Source of the DNA: Amoebophrya sp. A120
Taxonomy: Eukaryota > Protista > Dinoflagellata
Reading direction: 5' to 3'
Assembly (NCBI GenBank): GCA_905178155.1
Contig: CAJINV010000009.1
Span: 3,528,768 to 3,592,767, forward strand
DNA length: 64,000 nt
This document shows positions 1-12,000 of the stretch, one piece after another; positions within the stretch are counted from its first letter, which is position 1, and each line of letters opens with the position of its first letter. The notes under the pieces are model-generated. The model saw only the letters and a program-made list of their open reading frames with translations, was not told the DNA's origin and ran no database searches. A program made the position numbers and the translations under genes.

Positions 1-217
1 CTGCTTTTCCATGACCCATGGGGTCTGGAATGCAGGACCTAGCATGACAGATTCTATGCGATGATCTCTCTCAAGCCTATCCTGCATGAGAAAGTCCCTC
101 CCGACTTGTTCAAAACTGGACGACTTTTGGTAATCATGCAACACAGATTTTTGCATGCTTCAGATTTAGCATGACAAGTTGCAATCTTTTCAGACCCAGA
201 CATTTTTACATTTTATA
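1..217. mobile_element. Introner family A (5'-truncated by window edge)
   Basis: Right TIR ...CAGACCCAGACATTTTTACATTTTATA. Confidence 0.85.
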
Positions 218-2375
218 AGGTGCTCAGATGAACCACCAGCAACTGATCGAGCAGTACGAGCAGGTAGACGCGCAGGTGATTGACTTGCTATTTTTCACGC
301 CCAACAACATCATTTCTTCCTCCCAGTTCTCGAGCAGTGGCGGGGGGAACAGCAATGCTGGGAGCAGCAGCTCCGAGGAAGACAGTGTGGCTCATCACCA
401 CGGGACGACCACAGCCACGAGGTGCCTGTTTCATCATCACCAGGGCAGTACGAGTAGCGGGCCGCTTCGGTATCAAATGCAAAAGTGTCTGGGTCTGGAA
501 GGCTGCAAGTTTGTCATGCACATTTTGAATGACTCTTGACGTCTGTGATGCATGCTCTAGCATCACAGATTTTGTGAGGGCTTCCTGATGCCTATACCGC
601 ATGATAAATGCCCTCTCGTCGTGGCAAAAACTGGACCTCTTTTGCTGTTCATGCAATACAGATTTTTCTAGTGTCCAAATGCAGCATCACAAGTTACATC
701 CTTCCAGACATCCAGGGATATTTGCAATCCATATTCGGGGAACCATGACGATTGAAGAAGTGAAATCCAATACGGGGATCGCGAGCTCCTTCGGAACCAG
801 CACTGGGGTATCAAATGTAAAAATGTCTGGGTCTGGAAGAGTCCGAACTTGTGATGCTACCTTTGGACTCTACATAAAATCTGTATTGCACGAACAGCAA
901 AAGAGGTATAATTTGTGCTACGCGGAGAGGGCATTTCTCATGCGGTATGAGCATCAGATTCAGAAAGCCCTCGCAAAATCTCTGATGCTAGGGCATGCAT
1001 CACAGACCTCCTGGGGCATGCAAAATATGCATGACAAACTCCTGCACTCTTCCAGACCCAGACACTTTTGCAATCCATAACGGGGTGGGATGAATAACAA
1101 TGGAGTTGGAACAAGTGCCTCCTCCACGCACGACAGCTCGGCAACCACTTCTGGGAACGAAGATCTTCACGAGAACAAAGAAGTGGACCACGATCAGCAT
1201 GAGCCGTCGCCAACGAGCAACACAAAAATTGCGGTCTACATGGGAGGCAATAGTACTACACAGAATATTACTACTGGCACCACCACTGTAACTACAGGAG
1301 CCACTGCGTCCTCCTCCCGAGGAGGGGTCGGCTCCTGTGCTGTCAACCCGAGTAGTACCAGCAAGCATTTGTTTCAAACCACGCACCAACAGCGTATCCG
1401 GCACCAATCCGCCATTGCCCTGATGCGGGCGGTTTCTGCGCTGCGCAAAGTGGACGAAATTCTGCAGAAGTCGACCATGTTTTGGTCTCATTTAGGCCTG
1501 ACCACGGGACAAGTGTCTCAAATGAAAGACACGCTCACGCTGTGGATCAAGTACGCCAGCAGCATATGAAATGCAAATATGGCTGGGTCTGGAAACTTGT
1601 GATGCTGGTTGGCGAATCAAGAGAACGCCAGAAATGACGGCTCAGCATGACAGGTTTTTGAGTCGCTTGGTGTTGCCTATTCTGCATGAGAAACTGGGTT
1701 TTCGCATGACACAAAAGTCGTGGCGCTTTTGGCTACCTGGCATGACAGAATTGACAGTCATGCTAGCAGAGCATGACAAACCCGGCATTTTTCCAGACCC
1801 AGACATATTTGCAATGCATACAGCAACGAAAAGCTCCGGAAACGACTGCACGAGCGGCTGGAACAGTATCGCATGTTCTGGCTCGATATCCTGTGCAAAG
1901 GTATCGTACTCGTATAGATGCAAGTCTTGCATTACAAATCTTGTTCCCAAGGCAAATCCGCATTACAAATTTTAGTTCTCATGCGGAGGAAATTTGTAAT
2001 GCATTTATACGAGTGCGATACTTTTGCAATTCATACTCGAGTTTGAGCGTTGCAGCGTGCTGTATTGCGACGAGCTGCGAAAGGGGAGCAACCGCATGTT
2101 CGCGTTCTTGCTACAGATGGAGACCAGGGTATGGAGAGAAAAAAGTTTGTCACAGTCACTAACTTGCAGGTTTTGCATTACAAATTTTCTCAGCATAAAA
2201 TTTCCTTGTATTGCAGAAACACTAGGGAAATCCGTAACGAAGTTTGGCTGTGATGCATTTTTACGCATGACAAACAATTTTGTATTGCAAGAATGCGCAT
2301 GAGTGATCGTGACGAACTTTTTTTCTTTGATACAGGGCGGACGCGCTAGACACGGTGAAAAACATGATGGGGTAG
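1..2375 (+). CDS. Hypothetical protein, 5'-partial, interrupted by 6 introners
   Basis: Removing elements 471-733, 809-1079, 1565-1820, 1887-2035 and 2130-2332 (each plus 5 nt) gives one frame ending ...KYASSNEKLRKRLHERLEQYRMFWLEFERCSVLYCDELRKGSNRMFAFLLQMETRADALDTVKNMMG*. No family recognised. Confidence 0.75.
471..733. mobile_element. Introner family A
   Basis: TATCAAATGCAAAAGTGTCTGGGTCTGGAA...ATA; TSD TTCGG. Confidence 0.93.
809..1079. mobile_element. Introner family A (opposite orientation to 471-733)
   Basis: Family A TIRs; TSD imperfect TGGGG/ACGGG. Confidence 0.9.
1565..1820. mobile_element. Introner family A
   Basis: Family A TIRs; TSD CAGCA. Confidence 0.93.
1887..2035. mobile_element. 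Introner family B
   Basis: TATCCTGTGCAAAGGTATCGTACTCGTA...CGATACTTTTGCAATTCATA; TSD CTCGA. Confidence 0.93.
2130..2332. mobile_element. Introner family C
   Basis: TATGGAGAGAAAAAAGTTTGTCAC...GTGACGAACTTTTTTCTTTGATA; TSD CAGGG. Confidence 0.92.
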
Positions 2376-2920
2376 CGGGAGGAAGAAGGAGGCATGTAGT
2401 TGCACCATCTGCGCAGCTGCAATTATATATAGTTATACGGTATAGGAGCGCTCTTGCTATCAGCGTTCTTCATATACTTGCGAGGTTGAGACACGCTCTT
2501 CTTCAGTATGTGAAGATACTTTTACTGCTACCCATCAAATTCAAAAATTGCAATGCATCTGCACCACCCGCCCATGTAGTAGCCCCGCGGTTTTTATTGG
2601 AACTCGCCCCCTGCTTCAGCTCACCCCGTAGCTCGTCATGATCATACCCACCAGGTTGTGGAAATAATACCGGAGTTCCTCGGCATCGGCATGTTGTAAA
2701 ATGAATGTAACAGAGAAATTTATAGACAGGGAGTAGGGAGGACCCTGGAGGACCAGGGAGGACCAGGGAGGAGCGTTCGCGTCTATATAAAAAAAGCATC
2801 GGGCATTTTTTCAAAATGTGTTCACCGATGGCATGGCGAACTTTCGGGCCAAGGCCCCTTCAGCTTTCTGATAGCCATACCAATAACAACTGCGTGACGA
2901 AATTGAACAGCGACGCAGTA

Positions 2921-4293
2921 AATTGTTGAAGTAGCCACTTCAACAGTTTGCGTTGTTGTTCAGTTTACAACTTGCCATGCAGTTGTTATGGAAGTGGCTA
3001 CTTCAATTCGCACAGGCAAACTGTTGAAGTTGCCATTTCAAAAACTTGCGTTGTGCAAATTTTTGAAGTAGTCACTTCAACAATTTGCGTTCTTGTTGTT
3101 GTTCGGCTTGGGTTTGCAACGTGTCACGCAGCTTGTGTTGAAGTGGCTACTTCAACTTCGCGGAGAGTTGAGGTAGCCATTTGAATAGCAAGCGCATGAC
3201 AAATTGCCACAATAGTGACAATTTATTGAAATTGAACAAAAATTGCGAAAGTGGCCACTTCAACAATTCGGGTTCTGCGAATTGTTGAAGTGGCCATGAT
3301 TTCAAAAATTCGGGCTGTGCAAAGTGTTGAAATGGCCATTTCAACAAAACCCTAAATTGCAATTGTTGAAATGGCCATTTCAACATTTTGCACGACCCGA
3401 ATTATTTCAACAATTCGCAGAACCCGAATTGTTGAAGTGGCCATTTCAACATTTTGCACGACCCGAATTATTTCAACAATTCGCAGAACCCGAATTGTTG
3501 AAATGGCCATTTCAACACTTTGCACAACCCGAATTGTTGAAGTGGCCATTTCAACAATTCGCAGAACCCGAATTGTTGAAATGGCCACTTCAACACTTTG
3601 CGCAACCCGAATTGTTGAAGTGGCCATTTCAACAATTCGCAGAACCCGAATTGTTGAAGTGGCCATTTCAACAATTCGCAGAACCCGAATTGGTGAAATG
3701 GCCACTTCAACACTTTGCACAACCCAAATTGTTGAAGTGGCCACTTCAACAATTTGGGTTGTGCAAATTGTTGAAATGGCTACTTCAACAATTTGCGTTG
3801 TGCAAATTGTTGAAATAATTGCGCAAAATGTTGAAGTGGCCACTTCAGCAATTCGGGTTTTGTTGAAATGGCCACTTCAACATTTTGCACAACCCGAATT
3901 GCTGAAGTGGCCACTTCAACAATTCGCAGAACCCGAATTGTTGAAGTGGCCACTTTCACAATTTTTGTTCGCACACGACGCAAATTGTCGACATAGCCAC
4001 TTCAACAATTGGCGTCGTTGTCCAGCTTCAGTTTGCAACGTGTCACGCAGCTGCTCACGACACTCTGGTGGAGAGTTGAAGTGGCCACTTCATCAAAAGC
4101 TGCATGACAAGTTGCAAACTGAACAACGACACAGATACTTCTTGCTGCAGTGGCTATAATTTGAACGCGTTTGCGTTGTTGTTCAATTTCAACAACTGCC
4201 ACTACTGTGGCAATTTGTCATGCAGTTGTTGATCGAAGTGGCTACTTTTTCAACTTTCTTCCGATGGAGGACAGTTTGAGTAGCCACTTCAAT
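2921..4293. repeat. Tandem array of 39-bp palindromic units
   Basis: Unit GAATTGTTGAA-GTGGCCAY-TTCAACAATTC-GCAGAACCC; best conserved about 3360-3960, degenerate on both sides. Confidence 0.95.
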
Positions 4294-4300
4294 AGTTTGC

Positions 4301-4516
4301 CCTTCATTTCTGCGCTACAGCTTGCCAATCATGATGGCAATTTGTAACGCAGAAACGAAGGACAGGAGAAAGCTCTTCGCGTTTCTTTTGTCCTTCATTT
4401 CTGCATTTGTAACGCAGAAACGAAGGAGAATGAAGCTACTGAGAGTTGAGAAAGCCACGGCAACAGCTTCGCACTTCCTTGGCCCCTCAGCCTCATTTGT
4501 GCGCTACAGCTTGCCA
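4301..4516. repeat. Short local direct repeats
   Basis: TGCGCTACAGCTTGCCA twice (within 4301-4327 and 4491-4516); ATTTGTAACGCAGAAACGAAGGA at 4340-4362 and 4405-4427. Confidence 0.75.
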
Positions 4517-7500
4517 GCCGTTGACTTTGGCAAGCTGCCACGCAGGCGAGCGCCATAGCCATAAAACTCAGGCGCCAAAAGTCGCGCCGCCGTGCAGTTT
4601 TCGCCGGGAGTTGGGTCCGAGGGAGGAAGGCTGGACTTCGCTCCCGGGAGCTGAATCCAGACGCGCTCTCTGTTCGTAGAGCATGGCGCAGAGCAAGGGG
4701 CGCACAAGTGGCGACCCCTGTTAGGTAGCGCAAGTTCCCCACCCACTTTCCAAAAAGTTTCCAAAGCCCCAAGCTCTTGGCGTGTCTGTTGCCCGCCAGC
4801 CGGGGCGCCGTTTGTGCGTGCCGTGTCCTCGGCTGCCCAGCTCGCGTCGCGTTTGGCATTGGGAAGACACTCCGGCGTGGCGCGCCGCCGGGCCCAATTT
4901 TATTTGGAGCCGCCTGGCACTAAGTACAAACACCGAAAGGGCTGCCCTTCGTGGGTCTTGCGCTTTTCGCCATGCCCAGGGGCGCCCGCTCCCTTTGTTG
5001 TGTCGGTGGCCCTTTTGGGGTCACCAGCGCCCCGCGCGCGCGATGTTGGCAGAGCAGCGCGGGGCGGGGGCGTTGTGGCAAGGCGGGGCCCCGCGCGGTT
5101 TTTGCAGGCCAGCCTTCGGGAGGTCCGTCCCGCGAGTGAGGTCGCCCGCGACCGGGCAAAATGGCAGGCCGGCGGGGAGGCGACTTGGCCCAGGAGCCAG
5201 GATGGCAGCGGGCGCACGCAAATACCTCCCGCTGACCTTGCCGCGGCGCCAGTGGGTGCGTCCGTTGGTGCTGTAGGGTATTGCGGCTCTTTGGCGATCG
5301 CGGGCGAAGCAACTCGGGGGCGGGGGCTAAGGCCCCCCCTGCGCTAGCTTTTGACTGGGCCCGGGCTTTGGCCCCTGCGCCACCCCGGGTGGGCCGCGCC
5401 GCCCTTTGGGTGGGTCGTTAGAAGTTGCCCGGGCCAGGCCCCCCCGCCGGTTTTTTGTTGCAGAGTGAAAGAACAGCCGCGCGCCGGGGGCCCGGCGCCC
5501 GCTGGCTTTTGCGCGCGAAGCCCGGAGGCTTCTTGCGGCCGGCCGCAAGCGGCAAGCGTCTCTCTGGCCTCCGCGGCCTTGTGCGCAGCGCCCGGCCCAA
5601 CCCGAGCGACCGCCCGCGGTCGCCCCAAGGCCCCGGCGGCTATTTCATTCGGGCGGGCTAGGGGGGCTGGTGGTGTTCCATTCCCGCCCCGGCATAGGCG
5701 CGGGCTTCTTTTGTAGCTATGCTCGCTGGGGATGGGGTCCGGAATGGCTCCGGGCGGCTTTGGCCCGCCGCGGCCCAGCGCAGTGAGTGCTTCCGAAAGA
5801 AAGTATTTCAAGGGGGCGCCGGGTGTTTTCTGCGTTGGCTTTCATTCTATTGGCTTTGGAAAATTTTGGGAAGGCTTCGGGGAGATATTCGGGAGGCCCC
5901 TGCCGTGCTCTTTCAAGTTTTTCCAGAAAAAAGAAGAGCTTACAGCTTGGACGGCCGTTAGAAAAGAGGCGGGCGATTTTATAGTGATTTTAGAGGAAGG
6001 GGGCGCGTTAGGTTTTTAATTTTCCGAGTTCGCCGATGCGTGCCTGCTCTAGGCGTGTGGTGAGTATTTGCCTAAGTAGGCTTAATTCGAGGCGGGCGCT
6101 GCATTGTGTTGGCGATGTTTTTCGGGTGGATTTTGAAAAAAAAAAAACGTCGCAAAAACATCGCGAGTAACACCAGAAGAGCATGCTCTCAGCACCACTG
6201 TGCTTTTCTTTGTTCGCTGGTGAATTTGCTTCGTCGTTTTTGTGCGTGGATGTTGCAAAAGGCCAGCCAAAAAAAAACACAGAGCGCCATCGGAAATAAT
6301 TTTAAACCGCACGCTACGGCGTCATCATGAAAAAGCAGTTGCTTTGCGGCTCAAAAAAGTTGTTCAAAAGTTGCTGGTGACTTTACAACAAAAAAAGATG
6401 CTTTGGCTCTCAATTTTGGAGCCAAAATATCGACCATAGCGTGCAGTTTGCCGGCACGCAACCCGTAAAGTCACCATAAAGTCACCCTAAAGTCACCGCT
6501 AAAATCACCAACATCCGGACGGAAAAAAATCCAAACCCAACCCGCATTGGAAATTGCCGATTTGGCCTGGTAGAATTCGCATCGAAAAAGTGCCAATCCC
6601 GGTGGTAGTAGGGACATCGGCAAGGCTTAGCGACGTCAGTTTTGGTCTCGTGTGTCGAAAAAAGCAGCGCAAAAATTGAGAGCGCTCGCCGCATTAGAAA
6701 TTGCGCATTTTGCCTTCTGAATTTTTGAAAATTTTGCCTGGAATGCCGATGGTATGGTGCTCGTATCTTGGCCCTCCTTTGTCTCCTCTTGTTGGTATCT
6801 TCTCCTTTGCTCTCAGGGACAAAAATAAAGAAATCTTCTGAAGGCAATGAGGCGTCTTTTTTTCGGCGCCATGCTTGAGAGTATAGCCCTAAAATCACTG
6901 AAAAATCACCCATCAAAATTCTAACGGGTGCCCAAGCTCTAAAGAAGAACGGGGGGGCCCGCCTTGCGGCCTCCGCGTTGGTGCGTCTGCCCGGGCCCGC
7001 CGCACGGGAGGCACGCCCGCATATTGGAGGCGTTGTCCCGCCCCGGGGAAAGGGTGCGCCGCAGAGCGCGGCCAGGGAGGCGGGCCAGTCTGCCCTTTGC
7101 CGTCCGAGCCCGCCCCGGCGGCTTTCGCTTCTGCCCTGCCCTCCGCGCCGCCCCATGGCAGTCTTTTGGCCGGCCTTGTGCTTCGGCGCAGCCAGGCGGC
7201 CTGTTGGCCCGCCTCCGTCCGCCCCGGCGCGCGCCCGTCCATTTCGCCGGGGGCCCCGGGCCTTCGCTCCTTGTATTGCCCGGCCCGTGCGTGTGTCCCA
7301 CGCACTCGGCGTGCGGGTGTACCGCCCGCGCCCTAGCCAGAAACTGCCTGCGTGGCGCGACCCGCCCGCGCGGGCGGGCACGAAAAAGGGGCCGGCCCCA
7401 GGACAGGCGTGCGTGGGCGAAGGGGCCCGCAGGAAGGGTGGCGCCACTTATTTTGCCCACTGGACTGACTGACTTCGCCCGGTCGGTCGCAATGGCGGTG

Positions 7501-9080
7501 GGCACGCACCCACGCAGGCAAACCAGCTCGGCGGCCGAACTGCCGGCGAGGGCCCGAGGAAGGATGGAGCAGAGAAGCTGCATGCCGCCGCCCTAATGAG
7601 GAGACTGGCAAAAAGAGCAGGGGTGGGGCCCGCCAAAAGTTGGGCGGCAGTGGGCCTCGGCCCGGGCATCCACCCCATGTGCGCGCCCATGCTATGGGCA
7701 CCGTTGTGACAGCCGGGCGGGCCGTGCCCGGCCTGCCGCGCGCGGCTTTCTCTGGGCCCTCTCGCGTAGTTCGGGTCCAGAGGGGCCGTGGGTCTTGGTC
7801 TTGCTTTTCCTTTATCGGTCGCCGCGCCGCCGTGTCCTGCAGAACATTACTCAATAGGCATAGCCATTATTTAGTCATGACGGCGTGGCACGGGAGTAAA
7901 GACCTTGGAATTAATGCGGGCAGGGTGCCTAACCCGCGGGGGAGAAAACAGTCCAAAGCCCGGGGCGGTTGGATGTGGATCAGGGGCAAATTTTGTGTAT
8001 GTGCTGGATATTTATTGTTGAAATACTTTTGAAAAGCTTTGCGCGGTCCGTTTGTAGGGTAGCTTTGCCTTTGCCATCGCGTCGCCTTATAGCTTTGTCT
8101 TTTGTCGCCGCATTCCCGACATCGCACTACCATGGGGATTGAGTATATTCCGCATGGAAAACTCGCGCAAATTGTTAAAGAGCACCATACCGCCGCGATT
8201 GGGGTTTTTATGATTTTTCGGTTTTCGGTTTTGGGTTTTATATAGCAAAATCTCCTCCCTGGTCCTCCCTACCCTGGGACCCGGGATTCTATAAACTCTT
8301 CTGATGTAAACTTCTACCCAAATCGAAATAATAATAAATGATGGTGATCGCCCGTAGAAATATCATACCCCACGACTGGAAGTAGCTACGTACCTACCCT
8401 TTAAGAATTCTCTTCCGTAGTTAAAACAAGTGACGGAGCGGCCATCTGCACTTGATCCCTCCACGGCTTCGTCCCCAAAAACCTTTTTTTCCGTGCACAG
8501 TCTTTGGATCTGTGTGTAACGCAATCTGAGCAGTCGAACATGTTGGCTAGATAAAAAAGCCGCAGAGAAAAAACATCGATATCGAAACCTCCTCGACAAA
8601 AACGAGGAAGCGGCACGAGACTGCTTCTAATGTGTTCCTCGAGAGGGAATAAATGTAATAAAGGAGGCTTCACTTCTTGTTTATCCTCGGAATATGATGA
8701 AGAATCTTTATATTTGTTCATCCCGATCCCATGAAAAGATAAAGAAAGGTTCGCTGGAGGCAGCTCGCCAACGTACTTAGTAGTTGTACTCTTTCGTACT
8801 ATTGATGATCCGGTGAAGTAAATAAAAGAACGCTGAGCTTGGTTCTTCCACTCCTTTCTACTCATCTCAACATCTTTTGACGTACCTTTTCTTTGCCCAA
8901 GAATATAATTTCCGTTGTGTTTGTGATGGTGGAAATGAAATAGAAAAGCTGGCCGCCCGCGCCCTGTGACTCGACTGTGTGTGTGTTGGTGTCCCTGCTT
9001 GCCCGCTGTAGCTCCGGCAAACCAAATCGTTGAAAACTTGTCGAGATCTCGAACGCCAGCGAATCTGATAAGACCAGAAG

Positions 9081-12000
9081 ATGTCATCTCCGCCCACAGC
9101 ACGAAGTATGACCCGTTCGCTTTCCATTTCGTTGCCGTTAGTGCTCTACTCTAGTTCTTGTGCAACCACGACGACCGGCAAGACGCTGAGGAGCCAGAAC
9201 TCCTTCCTTCTGGCAAAACTGTCCCCGGAACGGGTCTCGGAGCTCTTATCGGAAACGCAGCAAGAATGGATTTCCTTCGCGGTAGATCAGGATGTGAAGA
9301 AGGAGGGAACCGAACTAGCCAAATCGAAGATGGTCACTTCCTGCACCGATTTGGTAACGGACCTAGTGATATGCGTTGCAAATATGTCTGGGTCTGGATG
9401 GATTCGAAGTTGTGATGCGAGTTCTACATCATGACAAAATCTGTCATGCTGCATGGTCAGCAAAATACGAAGGCCCCATTTCGTCCTGTTACAGAAAGGG
9501 AGCATCTGTCATGCGGATTAGGCAATGGAATAGTACCTGCTCGGAACGAATCTGTGATGCTAGGGCTTGCATGCCAGACGATCCGGGCTAGGCAAAAACT
9601 GCATCACAAATCCCTGCAGTCTTCCAGACCCAGACACATTTGCATTTGATAAGTGACCGCATCGGAAGGCGACAAGGACCGTCTCCAGGATTATTTCCAT
9701 ATCAAATGCAAATTATGTCTGTGTAGTCTGGAAGGTGGCAAGAACTTGTGATGCGGATTCTGGAAGAGGCAAAACTTTGTATTGCAGGAGCGCCAAAACC
9801 AAAAGATGCCCACTTCTTGCTACGCACATAGCGAATTTCTCATGCGGGACAGGCAGCACCAGGCCTGCGCAAAACCTGTAAAATGCTTTTGCGTGCATTG
9901 GATACCATATGCGTGATCCAAAAGATGCATGACGAACACCTGCATTTTCTCAGACAAATTTGCATTTGATATTCCAAGAGGTCTGCCAAAATGACGGAAG
10001 CGATTCAATGTGCGGACGGTTCACGACTGGCGTGATGAGTATCTATAGAATGACTCATCTTGATGTTCTGAGGACTTCGACTTTGTCATGCATAGTTGAC
10101 GCTCTAACCGACCAACGCTAAGACAAGTAGGACTGAAGAACGAGGCATGAAACAATCAATCACTGACTCACCCCAGGTGTTCTCTCGGATGACATGGAGC
10201 TGAACCGCGAAAATGAGCGTGGATTCAATGTATGAATTGCAAAAGTATCGTACTTCTCGTAATATAAATTGTGCATTACAAATTTCCTCAGCATGAGAAA
10301 TAAAATTTGCAATCCGGATTTACCTTACGAAAAAGACTTGTGATGCATGACTGCAGTCTGTTACTACGAGGGCGATACTTTTGCAGTTCATACAATGGAT
10401 TTTGCACCAACTTTTGGTCGACCGACATTCTACAGACGGCGGAAAAGCAGATCCACGCCAATATGGGAACGCCAAACGTTATTTAGATGGACTGCTGCTG
10501 GTTACATGAAGATTTGTCTTTGTCTACTTCATGCAGGAGAAGCAGATGAGCTGCTGTCACAGTCTGTACGGTCAACAAGCTGTTTCGCATGACAAGTTTG
10601 CCAAGAAGCGCTGAACAGCATTGAAATCCGTTGCTCCAATGTTGTAAATGCAAAACGCACAAAAAGTGCTCTCCACTTATGCAGCTATTCTTGTATCACA
10701 GAAGTATGTAACACCAGAACTGCTCGTCCATCCGCCAATTGGCAACGCCATAGCCAAGGAGGCCGCGGAGCTGGAGGCCAAAAAGCAGATGCAGCAGTAT
10801 GACCTGCTCAAATCGGTTATCATCTCAAATCGGTTGCCATAGAATTTGGAAGTTGTCTTGCATAATGAGCTTGACACACTCGCAGACTATTTCACTTTCT
10901 GCAACACTAATTTCGGCAGACTGTAGTGCGGTTTGGGACTCCCACTCCGGAACTTGTCACGCGCAGTCCTATGAGACTTGGCTGGATCATGCACTTCTTG
11001 CATCACAGATCTCCAAACTCTATGGTAACCGATTTGAGATTGTAACCGATTTGAGCAGGTCATAAGCAGGAGAAGCTCGAAGCGGAGCGGAAAGCTATCA
11101 AATGCAAAAGTGTCTGGGTCTGGAAGATTTCTAGATTTGTCATGCATATTGTCCATGAGCCATGATGTCTGTGATGCATGCCGTAGCATCACAGATTTTT
11201 ACAGGGCTTTGCGATACCTCTACCGCATGAGAAATGCCCTCTCCGCGTAGAACAAACCCGGCCCCTCTTGGTCTTGCTGGTCATGCAATGCAAATTTTTT
11301 TGGAATCCACAGACAGCATCACAAGTTGTGACCTTCCAGACCCAGACATTTTTGCAGTTAATAAAAGCAGCGGCTGCGCAAGAGCACGAGAAGGAGGCAC
11401 AGCACCAACAAGCGGTCGAAAAGGAACGGAAACGACAGCACGAGGAAGCCGCGGAAGCGGTGGAACAAAAGCGAAAAGAACAGGCGGACCAGCTTGCCGC
11501 GAAGGTGGAGAAAGAACACAACGCTGAGGCGCAAAAAAAGGCTGCTGCTGCCGCGGAAAATAAAGAGAAGGAAGAAGTCCAGCGGAAGATGGCCGCCGAG
11601 CAGAAGGTCCTCGCGAAGACGATGATGATGAAAAAAAAGGCTACGCCCGCCTCGGCGTCCTCCGGTGCTCGCAAGAAAGCAAGTCAAACCAGCCACGCCA
11701 ACCGCATGGCTTCGACCGCTTCGAAGCACGAGCAGCAAGAGGTGATGAAAAGGCCGGCGCACGCGGAAAAGGTGAAGACGGTACTGATTTTTCTGTGTGA
11801 AGACTGACATAGAGCAAGAGCAATTGAAGTACTAGGGGATGAGTAATTATATCATTTTTCTCATACACATACTGGTACTGCTGCTCGTAGATGGAACAAG
11901 AAGAGGTGGAAGGTGATTTTTTTGTACGTGAACAATGTTGTAGCCTCGGCCTAAAGAAAGTTTTATTTCCTTGTCTTGGACGAACAAGGGCTCCACCTGT

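Larger units (their letters stand above)
2721..8293. mobile_element. Putative 5.6-kb non-autonomous TIR element with TAT...ATA ends
   Basis: Left end TATAGA..GTAGGGAGGACC..AGGGAGGAG..CTATATAAA (2721-2791) matches the reverse complement of 8237-8293. No clean TSD and no recognisable ORF. Confidence 0.55.

Noticed and set aside
2921-4293. CRISPR array, or repeat-protein ORFs (ELLKWPFQQFAEP)n
   Set aside because: The linkers are 9 bp and recur rather than being unique spacers, there are no cas genes, and the context is eukaryotic. ORFs appear on both strands only because the palindromic unit is 39 bp.
6419-6428. Dinoflagellate spliced-leader relic (ATTTTGGCTC on the minus strand)
   Set aside because: Only a 10-nt match, lacking the terminal AAG and the upstream CCGTAGCC; consistent with chance.
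4395-8133. Many overlapping Arg/Gly/Pro/Ala-rich ORFs as genes or as a transposase
   Set aside because: Expected by chance in GC-rich DNA. They are open in several frames on both strands and show no recognisable motif.
8401-9102. 233-aa minus-strand ORF
   Set aside because: No recognisable domain, opposite to all other genes, and it overlaps the probable 5' region of the gene at 9081. Cannot be fully excluded without expression data.
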